Assembly: GCF_018977255.1 (NCBI RefSeq)
Contig: NW_024704743.1
Location: 23,376,001-23,440,000 of the forward strand
Length of the DNA: 64,000 bases
Origin: Callorhinchus milii
Taxonomy: Eukaryota
Direction: 5' to 3'
Below, in pieces: positions 49,971-63,599 of the stretch (position 1 is its first letter; each line of letters starts with the position of its first letter). Both the position numbers and the translations under genes were made by a program. The notes under the pieces are model-generated. The model was not told the DNA's origin and did not search any database. It saw only the letters and a program-made list of their open reading frames with translations.

Positions 49971-51344
49971 TCCTGTGAAATTATGTGACATCAAAAGCAG
50001 TTTACACCCCTCACTGCAAAACGTAAAAGTGTTTCAGTTAAATCTCACAATCTCAATAGAACAGACCAACAATCATGCAATCATATAATTTCTTACAAAC
50101 TTTATGCTAAATTAACACTTGCTTCAAGCAATCGAAAGGGCAGATATAGTCCAGCTAGACTTTCCCTTCCTGGCGAAATGTGTGCTGTCAATAATCAAAT
50201 ATGAGAAGCTAAGTTGTGTGTTCTGAGGTGACTTGCAAGCTTATAAGATACAATATTATCACTGCACAGTTTTCAGTGTAGGTTAATGTGTTTTCTGGCT
50301 TTTACACAACTTTTTTTTAAAAAGGAAAAATGTTGATGCAAATTTCATGCTATGATGAGAGATGCTCTAAATTGGACTATACTGTAATTTTGCAAATTTG
50401 TACAAAATGCATTCCACAGAAGAACATTTCTCCCATCGATGTTCTCCACAAATGTTCCTTAAAATTGGCATCACACTTGAATAAATGACAGTGAAGCCTC
50501 CTTGCAGAAATCATTTCAGGGCAGATATAAGCCTTCTTTGCTAACAAACTGCATAACACATCTTTTCTGTTTGTGAGGATTGTCATGCACAGTCGAGTTC
50601 CTTTCCGACTGGAGTATACTCATGTTGTGCCAGGATTGTGACTGAAATTGTGACTGAAGGGACAGTAATGTTAGAAATTGCTGTGTCTGACGTTGGTCCC
50701 AATACAACAACACACCGGTTTACATTTATACAATGCCACTCACATTGCAGGATGTGTCAAAGTGCTTCACACAACTGATAGGGAGCCCGAGGTGGTGGGG
50801 TGGGGGGGAAGCTGAGGATTGATAGAGAGTTGTAACTTTGATATCAAGCGGATGAAATGTCCTTGACACTGAAAACTCCTTGCTGCTAACTGGATTTTCA
50901 TTTTTCCAACAAAGGGAAATTTCCCCCTCCAATTTGGTGTTAATTATGACTGTGTTCAGTTGTTATGAATCCCTAAAGCAGCAATATTCTAATACATATA
51001 TAATACATACCTCACTTCCAGAGGCATGATAAGACATCCACACATTGGCCATCATTAATAATCTCAGAGGTAACCTGAGGGAAGCGTAAATCAGCCTCAC
51101 CACAAGGAGGAGGTGAACTGATAGGATCAATGTTTAGTGACTGATCGACATTGTAGTTCTGTGGTGCATCTGGAGTTTCAATCTAGTTTGGAACTCAACA
51201 GGAAAACTTCAGCTCAGGACTGCGGACACTGAGATGAACAGACACAACAATATGTCAGGACTACAGACATATCTTCCAAGTTCTGTAGTGTATTGTATAT
51301 TGTATAGTGGATTTCTTTTTAACTAAAATAATTATATCTGCCAG

Positions 51345-52540
51345 GCAGCCTCATCTTCCTGCCTCTTGTCACCCACCACTACCAGCTCTCCGTCCCCCTC
51401 ACCCTCCCCATCATCAGCTCCTACCACCACCCCCATCCTACATTCCTCCCTCCCCATTTCTCCTTCCTCCCTCTCACCCACCATCACTTTGATGAAACCC
51501 ACCACCTGCTGTCTCGACCCCCTCCGCACCAACTTGCTGGTCACACAGCTCCCCCTCGTCTGCCCACTACTGGCTGATGTCATCAACCAGTCCCTCTCCT
51601 CTGGATCAGTCCCTGCCCCCCTCAAAATTGGTGTCATCACCCCCCTCCTCAAAAAACCTTCCCTAGATCCCTCAAACCACAGCCACTACCGCCCCATTTC
51701 TAACCTGCCCTTCCGCGCAAAAGTCCTAGAATGCATTGTTGCCAATCAACTCCACGCACACCTCTCCTCCCACTGTCGTCAACGTCTTCAATCGCACAGT
51801 TCTCAACTCCTCCACCTACCCAACCTGCCCCTAGAACTCTCCAAACCAGTATGCAACCTAGGTGTCAGGTTCGACCCCCAATTATCCTTATTCCCCCACA
51901 TCCAGTCCCTCACCAGCACCGCTTTCTTCCACCTCTGACGCATCGCCCGTCTCCGCCAATATCTCATCCCAAAAGCCACTGAAACCTTGGTCCATGCCTT
52001 TGTCACCTCTCGGCTGGACTATTCAAATGTCCTCCTCACTGGTCTCCCCTCCACTACCATCCATAAAATCCAGGTCATCCAGAACTCTGCCGCCTGCATT
52101 CTCACCCGCACCAAACTCTGCTCCCCAACCACCCCAGTCTTTGCCAGACTGCACTGGCTGCCTGTCCCAGAGAGGATCGACTTCAAGATCCTCACTCTTG
52201 TCTTCAAATCACTCCACTCCTCTGCACCCCCCTACCTCTCTGACCTCCTCTCTCCTCACAGCAGTGCCCATTGCCTTCACTCCACCGGGTCTGGCCTCCT
52301 CCTTGTCTCCGAATCCTCCGTTCCACCAACGACAGCCGTGCCTTCAGCCACTACGGCTCCTTTTTCCTCGCTCTCTCTCTTCCTACTTTCAGGTTTTGGC
52401 TAAAGACCTTTCTTTTCGACCGCGCCTTTGGTCACCTTCCTCCCCCTCCCCCTGGCTCGTCCCCGGGATCCATTATTGTGAAGCGCTCTGAGACGCCGTC
52501 CGTCGTGGAGAGCGCTATATAAATCCAAGTTGTTGTTGAT
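51345..52540 (+). mobile_element. L2 type B with the RT core deleted
   Basis: KPTTCCLDP, INQSLSSGSVP, TPLLKKPSLDP, YRPISNLPF, then a jump near 51775 to KPVCNLGVRFDPQLS, SRLDYSN, LHWLPVPERIDFK; intact tail. Confidence 0.93.
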
Positions 52541-52549
52541 GCATAGCAT

Positions 52550-53598
52550 TTTGCCACAAAATACAAAATACAGTCAAAATATACGAAATACCATTTTACA
52601 GTATTGAGATGTCTCAAAGACATGATAAGGCGCTCTATCAAATGGAAAGGTTATTATTGTTATGACTATTGTTACGATTATTGTTGTGATTATTCTTATG
52701 ATTATTCTTATGATTAAAAAAAATAATAAATTGGTTATTTTCAATCCACGACTATTTGTGGGACACTGCTGTGCGCAATTGGCTGCCGCGTTTCGTCCAC
52801 AAATATACAGTCAATTCAATTTACAGCATATTCTTTGAAGCGCTTTGAGATGTCTAGAAGACTTGAAAAGCACAATATCAAATGCAAGGATTATTATTAT
52901 TATTATTATTATTATTATCGGTTAGATCACTCGCCTCACAAGCAAAAGGACCTGGTTTTGAGTCCCGGGCAGGGTGAAACCTTAGGCAAGTTTCTTTAGT
53001 CCACACACCTCTGTTTACCTAGCAGTAAGTAGCAACCCGGTTATTAGTTGATTGGCGGATCGCCTTATGGGTGTAATATTCCCTTACAAAAAAATTTGGC
53101 CGCTTAAACCACAGCTGTTTGTGGGACACTATTGTGCGCAATTGGCTGCCGCGTTGCGCCCACAAAACATACGGTCAATTCACTTTACTGTATATTCTGT
53201 GAAGGGCTTTGAGATGTCTCGAAGACACAATTTGGCACTACATCAAATGCAGGGATCATTATTATAATGTAGGGCCACCGCGTAGTAATGTAGCTCAATG
53301 GTTAGAGCACTCGCTTTGCAAGTGAGAGACCTGAGTTCAATTCCAAACAGGGCGAAACCTTGGGCAAGTTTTCTTACTCCACACTCCTAATGATAATCTC
53401 TCCAAAAAAACAAAACAATAATAAATTGGTCATTTTCAATCTACGACTGTTGGTGGGACATTGCTGTGCGCAATTGGCTGCCGCGTTTGCCCACAAATAT
53501 GCAGTCAATTCACTTTACAGTATATTCTGTGAAGCGCTTTGGAACGTCTAGAAGACGTGAAAAGCGCTACATCAAATGCAAGGATTATTATTATTATT
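52550..53598 (+). mobile_element. Head-to-tail cluster of four SINE-A copies or fragments
   Basis: Units at ~52550-52690, 52725-52917, 52920-53266 and 53289-53598, each ending in a ..CAAATG(C/G)A..(TTA)n tail. Confidence 0.9.
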
Positions 53599-56500
53599 AA
53601 TGCTTGGTTAGTTTCAAAATGGCAGAGATCAGCCGTTGTAGAGTGCTTGACTAATTCTTGAGGTGCAAGAACATAGATCGAGTGTGCTGCAGTTCACTGT
53701 AAAATAAATAACAATTTACACAATGGCCAGGATCTAATTTTCTGTGATCCGTAGATAAAGCAAGATAGCAGCTCTGAAAGCGGCAGTAACTGACTTGTGG
53801 TTAACTCTGGGCATCTTAGAGGCCAGTGGTTACAGAAATTGAAGCAGAGTTGCTATCAATTATGAAGGAAGGTTGGCTAAAGGTTAGACTCGGATTCAAC
53901 CTGAGCCAGGTGGAAGGCTTCCTTCAGCATCACAACCCACTATTATGGAACCTTAAGCTCTCATAGGCAGAGTGTGGCTTTTCAAGTCAGTGATGGGACT
54001 ATGTTGATGGCTCATCTGAGCAATAGAAACCCTCAGGAGACATTGAGACCTCCTCGAAGATCATTCAAGTCATTGCACAGACTTCCCTGTCATATCCACA
54101 CTTCAATTTGTCCATCAGAGTGAGCATGTGACTCCTTCCTCCACTGGTACTGCAACCACAGGGGAATCACAACATCACAAAGCAACAAACAAAAGCCAGA
54201 GGTTGAGAACTACAGGGATGTCAAGGGTAAAACATATAGCGAACAAACCACAGTGTCAAACGTTCATTTTAAGGTTTATTAAAAATGTTTCACTTCATTT
54301 TGTGTATTTGTAAACTAATACTGAATTGTATGAAGAATATTTGAAACTATTACATTATATTCAGGGCAATTTGTTTATCGTTCTCCTTTTGCCCGGAGGG
54401 ACACATCCTGCTTGACTAATCCCGAAGAGTATTAGCCGAAGGTTGGTAAAACAAAAAACAAGGCTAATGCTGGAGTTTAACCAGCTAAGACCACACCACA
54501 CCACGATCGGCAAACTTCCCGCCAGTATTTGTCCAGTTTCTTGGGCACCTCTTCATTTATTTAGTTGGGATGGCAACTAATCAACACTAAAAGCTGGGAG
54601 TACCTCTGGTTAGCACTGGCCCACAGGACACCAGCGCTATAAGTGAAGTCACTCATAAATGGGAAGGGAAGTTATAATGTGCTTTTCTTATAAGGGAAGA
54701 AATCGTAATTGTGGAATCTATCCACTTTTTGCTCCAATTTCAAGGCACTTGTCAATGTGTTTGCCTATCTGAGTGACAGTTCTCTCTTGTGAGATACGAT
54801 GGACACACTTCAATTCAGTTATATTACCTTTACCATAAGGATTTACTGCCACTGGCTCTGCCACTGCCAAACGATCTGGAACACTGCCCTGTATTTGGGG
54901 CACTATATGAATGCAACCTTCTCTATATGTTTGGAATTTTGGTTGACATTAATTTCTCTTCTCCATGTGTGGGCTCCTTCCAATGAGTAATACGAGTTTA
55001 GAAAACTTCAGCTTTGCTCCCAGTGGACCCAGATCAGCAGCTTCACTTCTCTCAAAATTGCCAATTCATTAATCTCATTCAAACAGATTCAGATAGAGAT
55101 ATCAAACTTGTGCTTTGCTGAAGCAGTTTATCAAAGTGATTCTATATTGTACGTGCTTTACGCAAACCTGACCTGTAGAAAAGTGCTCTATTCTCAAGAA
55201 TTGTTTCTTAATGATTAACAAATCACGGCATCGTTAACATGTTTGGGCTCTGTTGCAAAAATAACAAAGAGCACTACATTGCACTTTAATTAAAAGTGCA
55301 ATCCCCCAAAATAAGAAAAAAAAGGTCATTCGCATCATGCTGGTTATGGGACAATGCAGTGTGCAATTGACTTATTCATTTTCCTCCAAGTACACAGTCA
55401 CTACACTTCAGTGTAAATCCTGTGAAATTATTTGAGAAGTCCTCCAGCCATGAAATACACTATACCAAATGCAAAGATTATTATTAAAGATCAGTATAGA
55501 AAGCTCTTTGATTTCTAATGAAGTTTTTTNAATCACAGTTTGTAAGATGACAAAAATGCCCGGGTCATTGCCTCAATGTTGCACAAGATGCAGTGAAGGA
55601 CAATACTGTAGATGACATATCCTTGTGAAATTGTCTCAATATCTTTACTGTGATAGGGTTACCCTTCTCGGACCATCAATTGTTGAGATGTATCAAGTTA
55701 TTGAGTTGCATTACTTAATGCTGCATTCATACTGCACTTTATTCTGTCAAAAATGCAGTGTAAATCTGGTTGAATTAGAGTGAGTCAAATTGGAGCCTGG
55801 TATTACCTGGTGGTTTCAAGAGCGGTCCGATTTATTCCTTTGAAGGATAATATAATAACAGTGTAATAATTCTTTCTTGTTTTTACAACATCTTCAACAT
55901 CAAAGTGCTTTGCAGGAAATTGCTGCCAATTATAGCGTCTGTTTATTTGTAAGCAAACAACTCCAGCAAAAACAGAATATCGACTGTTGTAGGATAAATG
56001 CATAATTTGTAAGAGATAATATGTGGCATTTGCTAATCGATTTTCAGTTTTGATCCCTCATAGTCTATTGAAAACTCTCATAAAGACAGACAAATGCCCA
56101 GGAACTTTCAAAGAGTGTTATTGAAGAGCCAATTACACAATTACACTGATTACACTAAAAAAAACGTGTTTGTCCTGCATTGAATTCCAAAACTGAATTT
56201 TTTTATAATGCAACTGAGGGATAGGTTGTAGAGAGTAGCGATCCAGATTAGGCATTGTTTCTATCTGCCCGTCAAGTCAAAAACATAAAAATCTGTGACC
56301 AGAAAACACATTTTTACACTCAAGTGTGTTAAGTGCTTCAAGCAGTCGAGGACATGAAATCTAACTGAGTTATGAGTTAATTTCCCAGAACTATCTACAC
56401 TAAATTGCCTTGGGTGGGTGATTGTTGGCATTCTTAACTGGGCTGTTTGATGAAGAACCTCAGGGATATAAGGTGTTTTTCTTTTGCACAGGGAGCTGAC

Positions 56501-58889
56501 ACTATCCAACTTGCTGCACTGCCTTTTTGCCACTTGTTGACAATGTGAAAAGCCCTAATGTGATGTGCAAGCTCTTGTTCTGCTACTCACCATGTGGCAT
56601 AATTCACAGATGCTTTGTGTCTCTAACCTGTCTCATATTTTCAGCAGAAGAGATGATATAGTGGTGAGAAGGTTGCTAGTGGGAAGTGAAAGAACAATCA
56701 CTCAATTTGTTTGCTTTGCCTGTACATTGATATAACCTTCTGTGGAGTCTACATGATCTGTTAAATTGAATTTCATGGTGAAGCCCTCCGTTTACTATTA
56801 ATTTCTGTTTGTATGTTACTCAAAGAGTTGGTGATTCTTCAGAATATACTTTGCAGCGTCAGTGATAGTTGTGGTTCAGAACAGTGGTGGTTAAGATGTT
56901 TGCCTCATCTCTTTTCTCACGTTTGTCAGCCTGATGAATTGACATTACAATCTGTCCATTACACAATGCGAAAAAGTTTGCACTTGTATCTATACTTGTG
57001 CGAGAGGGTAACACCTGTACAGACTGTGCATACTGCCTGAGGCTGCAGATAAACAAGGCATTCCTTCATAAGAACATAAGCGAACATCAGCAGAACAATC
57101 TGTCAAACAAATAAATACCTTGTCAGTACAGCTTCTGCTAGTCATAGGGTTCTCTGCTGTGGAAGACATGCAAATTACCTGGTTTACAGCAAACGAATGC
57201 TGAACACAAAGGGATTGACACTTGAAACATGAACAAAACTGTGCAGTATAAGACGTTTATGAATTATTGCTGTTTACCCGACATGTATAGTATGATGCGA
57301 GAAGCTTCCTCCAGGCCTTGTGCCTACAAAATAATGAAACTTGCCTTCTGTAGTAGTGATAGGAATTTGACTGCATGTAAAAAACAATCAGCAAGGTTGT
57401 ATTACAGTGCCTGGACTTTTGCCCTTACTTTAATTATGTTAGGTTTTACAGTGAAATATCCAAGAAAATTCTTCTATATCCATGAATACCTATTTTAATT
57501 TAAGAGTTCTTATTAAGGCTAGTTGGAAGTCCACATATTAATCCAGTTGAAGGCCCAAATTAGTTGTGAAACAATTTAGTTGTGAAACCGCTTTACACAG
57601 TTGGACAGACTGTTTGCAAAGCCTGACAGATCAAGAGTTGATTTAGGATCATAACAGACCTAGAAATTATAAAAAGCCAGTCATTGAAAGGTAAGATACT
57701 GTTGATTGTCTTACTTAGCGTAATATCAGAGGGCTGAAATTCCAGACAGCATTCTGTGCAGTGAAAGTGACGATGTCTATCTATAATGGAATTTCAACAA
57801 CAACAAATTACATTTGTGTAGTGCCTTTCACGTCAGGAGGAAGTCCCAAGGTGCCCCATTATAATTGCACATTTGTTTAAGTCACTACATACAATGTCAA
57901 CTGAAATTTTAGCCAGAGGTTCCAGGACCATTGTTGCACAGGTGCAAAACATTTGCGAAACTGTTTTTACTGTTAAATGTCTGGGACATATGACTGTAAA
58001 ATGTAACACCATGATTAAAGAAGTGGCAGGGGCAAAAGTCCAGGTACACTAATGCAACCACGGAGTAGAAATATGGATATTTTCAGCACAGATGGAGACC
58101 ATCTGACCCACTGAGGCAATGGCACTGTTATCTGTGTTCTTTTTTTAATTTCAAACCCATTTACCAGCTTTTTTGCCCTCACACCCTTTCCTTTTTTTTT
58201 ACTGTTGTTGTGTTTATCCAGTCTTTTGAATGGTTCCATTGATTCAGCCTCAACTGTAACATCAGAGGACTATATTTTGTCATTTGTAACAATGGTGGTA
58301 GAAGGTCAAAATTAGAAAGAATATTACCATGTTGTGATACTCAAAGATTGCAGTATTACATGAATGGGAATTAACTGTCTGCAAAAACTGTTCGTGTAAA
58401 ATAAATCTATGTCGAGAAATTCCATGTAACATAATCTCTGACAAACAGTGCTTTGTGGTAGGTATAGATTGATTCCCTGTTAGTTCAGTGCTCCATTTTG
58501 AAGAAGCAGTATTGCTTCAAAAGCAGAAAGAACGTGTAGAAAAAGTTTTGTTTTAATCCCCCATCAAATGCAGTCGTGGAAGGTCAGACTCCATGTTGCA
58601 TGGTGCAAATCATTTACAAAAAGGGAAATCCATCAAATTGTCTCTGCCAGACAGCAAGTATCCCGACCAAGAGAGTGAATTTCAGCTGAGGTCTTCAGAC
58701 ACATATTCCAGAGAGCTATGGCTATGGAGGACTTTGAAGTATAATTCAAATTACATCTGATAGTGAACTTGCTATCTGACACAGAGCTACCCTGACACTG
58801 AGCTGCATGGAAATGTAGACTTGCTCCATCTAATTAGTGACTATCTTTCTTCAGGGAGTGTAAGCTGGGTCTCCTTAGGTCTGTCAGTG

Positions 58890-59000
58890 GAATATTAGAA
58901 TTGAATTATTCTTCTGTGGTGGTCTTGGCATCTGGAGCAGACCAGTCACTGGGAACAGGGCTTCTTAATAAGCTCCTGTTAACCCTGCAAGCCAAAGCCA
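58890..59000 (+). mobile_element. Repeat family C middle fragment (its 3' end motif also at ~59495-59550)
   Basis: GCAGACCAGTCACTGGGAACAGGG..CTCCTGTTAACCCTGCAAGCCAAAGCC; TGTCAGACACCTAGCTGACCAAAAA. Confidence 0.6.
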
Positions 59001-59137
59001 TAATGGATTGGATAGTCTGAGCTGGTCAAGATGTCAGAAAATACCAGATAGTGTTCATAATGGAGTGCTGCATGGTTGTAGTTTGTTAAAAGGTTCCCAT
59101 GTCTCAGCTTTTGCCAACCTTTTGCCAGCCTAATAAT

Positions 59138-59445
59138 GTCAGCTTGGCTCAGTTGACAGCACTCTCATTTCTGAGTCAGAAGGTCGTGGGATCAAGCCCC
59201 ACATTGGGATCCCATGCTGATACTTTAGTGCATTGTGCTGCAAGGAAATGCCATCCTTCACATAAAACATTAAGCCAAGGTTCCACCTGCCTGTTCAAGT
59301 GGACATTAAAAATCTCCTGGCACTATTTGTAAAGAGAAGGGAATTTCTTCCAGTGTCCTGGCCTACAATTCCCCAAATGAAATTGGTCACTCACTCCATG
59401 GTTGTTTGTGGGACATTCCTGTGTGCAAATTGGGTGCCATGTACA
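59138..59445 (+). mobile_element. SINE family B
   Basis: GTCAGCTTGGCTCAGTTG..GAGTCAGAAGGTCGTGGGATCAAGCCCCAC head; Deu core. Confidence 0.85.
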
Positions 59446-60499
59446 CTAACTTGTTCTTAATGTCTTATGTAGAACTCAGTCAGCGTTGGCATGGGTCTTA
59501 AGCATGGCAATATGTTTACATACATGTCAGACACCTAGCTGACCAAAAAGTAGCTCACAAAGAGTGGTCCACGACCATGCAACAGAAAATAAGTTTCATT
59601 CATTTCCTTCATAGCAGCACATGGCAATTCCTTTAACCCTGAAGTTCGGGAGGAGCTCATCAGTGTTCTACATTTCATAAAACATTTTGTTTGATAAAAT
59701 TGCCAAAAATGGGTGCATGATTTCGGAAAGGACATTATTGGCTGAAATTTTTGGAAAATTATTTCTGATTGCTCATATCAGCTTCAAGTTTCTGCCCTGG
59801 AGGACTTGTAGGAGCCTCACTGTGATGATGGAGGTTTTAAGCTTTAGAGCTAGGAATGAAGCCTCTACACCGCTGCCTCATTTTCTATCTTTGAATTATG
59901 AAGAAAGTTGGAATGTATGGAAAGACTTTGTTGTTTGAGTTTTGAAGGAAACCCAGGTTGTTTTGAGACTCCCTGGATCCATGCAGCACTAACTGTGTGT
60001 AGGAGGAGACCTAAAGGAGGCTTTAGGTGCCTTCACAAGCCAAGTTAGCATTTCAAGGGATGTCCAGTGCAATGAGCATTTCAGCTTCTCCGCCAGCACT
60101 TTTGGGTGACTTGCGTGGAAGAAAGTGTAAATGCAGAAAATGCTGCAGATGTCCAAGGGAAGAAAAAATAGAACACCAGTACACAGTTCACTACCAGACA
60201 AATAGCTTCCTCCATATGGATGGATGATAAATGGATAAAGGCAGGAACAAAAGGAAGAAAGTAAAAGCACAGGCTTAAACCTGCAGCTTTTCATACTGGA
60301 ATCAATGATACATTGGTAATATCAGTCTTTGATTCCATGGAATGCCTTACTTAACCGATAAGCTCTGAGTTTTACAAATCCAGTGGGTTCTAATATGTAG
60401 TAATTTCGTTTTAAGGAATCTATTGGAAATGGCTGCATAAAAGATCCCATTCTCAGTTTGTATTGCTTTTCCGTTATCAACGATCCCATCAAGTACAGC

Positions 60500-60915
60500 T
60501 GTCAGCCTAGTAATATTCTCACCTCTGAGTTAAAAGGTTGTCCACAACAGGACATTGAATTCTTAGTTTAGGTTGACACTTCAGTGTGTTGCAATGGGAG
60601 TGCTACATTATCAGAGATGTCATCTTTCTGATGAGATGTTACATTGAAGGCCTTATCTGCTCATTCAGATGGACGTTGAAAATCAAATGGTACTGCTTGA
60701 TAAGGGAGGGAGTTTCTCTCACCAACAATACCCCAAATAAAACGGATCACTCATTTATTTGATGGCTGCATGTGTTATATTCTGGTACGTAAATTGGCTG
60801 CTGCTATTGCCTGCAAAACATACTTTGCTACGCTCTGCAGTAAATCATGTGAAACTCTTTGAAAAGTCTCGAAGATGTGATAAGTCACTATATCAAATGC
60901 AAGGATTATTTATTA
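60500..60915 (+). mobile_element. SINE family B, degraded, near full length
   Basis: Head remnant, GATGAGATGTT body, AAATTGGCTGC core, ATATCAAATGCAAGGATTATT tail. Confidence 0.8.
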
Positions 60916-61552
60916 TAAATTCTGTTACAATGAATCCACCTGAGGTTTAATACTTTCCCATAATTTTCTATGCCTTTCTACATGTAAACTGTTTAAAAAA
61001 TAACACAATCAGCCCATTGCGTCTGTGCAACAAAACTCAGCAACCTGTTAGAGTTGATATTTGGATAGGCCTGACATAGAACGTCTTTGTGTGTAATATG
61101 GTCAGGTTCACCCAGGGGATTAGATTGTAGGTGATGTCCCTGACATACAGCCTCTTAAGTTTTAGCTGCAAATTAATGATCAGAGGAATTGACCATAGTT
61201 TCTCACAGGCACACAAGAAAACAAGCTTCCGTGAAGTGGTAACAGTAAGATATGTAATTGATTCCACAACTGAGGAAAAGATCATGAGTCATCCTTGAAG
61301 GTCCTAAAAGTGACATTGAAAAATATCTACAGTGTATTGAATTACTGTTGCTGGGATGATAAAGATGGGATTCAGTAGAAAATAGTAAGTAGGAAAAGAT
61401 GAATATTGCCCATATTAAACCTGGTTGTTGTGTCAGATCTGTGTGTGGGGGGCGGAGGGGGTTGTTGGGGGCTACTGCTGCTGAATGTAGGTTCTCCTGT
61501 GTATTTTTCACATGTACTGTGTAAAATTAATATTCTCCAAAACTAGGTAAGT

Positions 61553-61760
61553 AGGTGGCAAGCTGTGCAGTTTGAGCTTGTTAAATTCCAGCAGCACCAT
61601 TATTAGGATTACAATCATTATTAGGATGCATCCCTCTGGGAGAGAGTGCTCATTCCATTCCAGTAAATATCTCGGAAATTTCCATGTATAGGTGGGATAT
61701 GTGGAACTCTGTTTGGATTAAATACTCTTAAGCACGGACATCCAGCTGACCCAAAAAAAA
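61553..61760 (+). mobile_element. Repeat family C 3' part
   Basis: TGGCAAGCTGTG..ATTTCCATGTATAGGTGGGAT..GGAACTCTGTTTGG..ACTCTTAAGCA..CAGCTGACCC(A)n. Confidence 0.72.
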
Positions 61761-62954
61761 TTGTTAGCGTAATTGCTTGTCTGTTAGAAGATATGGTTTC
61801 TTTGTTTTATATTAGTGAAGTCTTCCCGTGCCCTGCACTTCCTCCAGCAATGCCCCTTCACTGGCCCTTCATTTTGTAGTTTTTTTTCTTTTCATTGTGT
61901 GGAGATGTCTGGCCTCTGCTCAGTGTTAGTCTGTCATGAAGATGTGTAATCCAGAGAATTGCAGCAATGACATTGCAATGATAGTTCTTCCAACTTTCTA
62001 ATAAATCAGTCAGGTGGCTGGAATCAACCTCCAGGGAGCAGAGAAGATTATCAAATGCTTTTCTAGCATACAATTATTTACAACAATTATTGATGCATAG
62101 CCTATAAATGGAATCTACAACCCACTTGACATTGTCTTCAGTGTAATCAATTGAACTTTGTACTTGTAATTGGCTGACTTTAATTCATTGTGCATAAATC
62201 GTACCCAATCCTAGATTCTTCATTATGTATCCTCTATTTATTTAAATGCGAACGAAAATGCTAAAAATGTTTCCGTCACTAATTCTGTTAGATAAAGTCA
62301 GTGCTTGTCACAGCTCACTGTTCTGGAGACTAAATTAGATACTGAGTCAGCTCTCTTTCTACTCTCACAAGGTGTGTACAAATCTCAATGTAGGGAAAGC
62401 TTTAGAGATGATGTTCATGTCAAATTATAATGATCAAAATAGCTTGCAGAATTTTTATTGTCTAACTTCCAAATTACTGTCAGACATGAGAGTCCCAAGT
62501 CACAGGCTTTTGGCCTTATGAGACTTTGAATGCAGACTATATGTGCAAAATGGGCCTGGAAACCTCCAATTATTATATTACATTCTTATTTTTCTTGGCT
62601 GCAAACAGCTTCTGAATATTATAAATCACAGGAGAGGAGAAGAGGGTTGAAAGGGTGCTGACGCCAGCATCTGTTTGCTGCTGGATTACCACCAGGATTC
62701 AGCAGTGATCAGAGAGCTCAGTTCAGTTTGTAGATTGATCACATACTACACATCACCTCTATTAAACTATATCCATCCATAATAGTTGCAATCTGTCCAA
62801 AATGCCATATTCTGTTTTTCCCATTCAGTGGGTTTTCTTAGTGCCCTGACATTGAGTATTTATGGTCATTATATCATTGATGTCAAATATCTAGTAATGT
62901 GACAATGGTTTATCCAAAATGATTATTGAGTATGTTTAACATTTAAATCACCCA

Positions 62955-63320
62955 TTTAATAATAATAATATTTCTGGTATAACACCTTGTTACTGGACGA
63001 ATGCAGCAGCCAGTTTTGTTCCCAGTAACATCTACAAAAATTGATGAAGTGAATGATCAATTTTATTTGGGGCATTGCTGGGCAGCACACCAGGAGAAAC
63101 TCCCTTCTCATTTTGAATCATGCCATGGGATCTTTAACCTCCACCTGAATAGGTAGATGGGGCCTTGGCTTAATGACTGATACGAAGGACGGCACCTCCA
63201 ACAATGCAACACACCCCCCAGCATTGCATTTGACTGTCAGCATAGGCTATATGGGTTTGAAGTCCTGAAGTGGGGCTTGTACCCACAATGGCAAGAGTGC
63301 TATCAAATAAGACAGCCTGA
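62955..63320 (-). mobile_element. SINE family B
   Basis: GCCATGGGATCTTTAACCTCCACCTGA..GAAGGACGGCACCTCC..GTGGGGCTTGTACCCAC..GAGTGCTA. Confidence 0.85.
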
Positions 63321-63599
63321 TACATAATATCAATACATTTATCTGCTTTTCTAATAAACAGATAGCCTGCAAAAAGTCTTTAGGAATTATATTCTGCTCA
63401 TCTCACCCTTTGTACTTAAGGCCATCACTTCCTAACCTATTCTTCTGCCCATCACAAGAAACTTTTGGATAAAGCTGGATCTTCGGCACATTTGAATTCT
63501 TCCTTCCAGAATACTTGCCCTATAGTCCTCTCAATGTAGCATCATACTATTTTTTTTCCTTTACCCGGAAGGTAATTAATGACTGAGACAGCTTACAAA

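Noticed and set aside
52550..53600. CRISPR-like or regularly spaced repeat array
   Set aside because: Units are 140-350 bp SINE copies with no unique spacers, no cas genes and a eukaryotic context.
55269..55291. Hairpin TTGCACTTT-AATTA-AAAGTGCAA
   Set aside because: A single 9-bp AT-rich stem is unremarkable in 64 kb; no miRNA-length precursor.
55803..56003. Minus-strand 66-aa ORF ending at a possible donor
   Set aside because: No recognisable protein and a weak acceptor.
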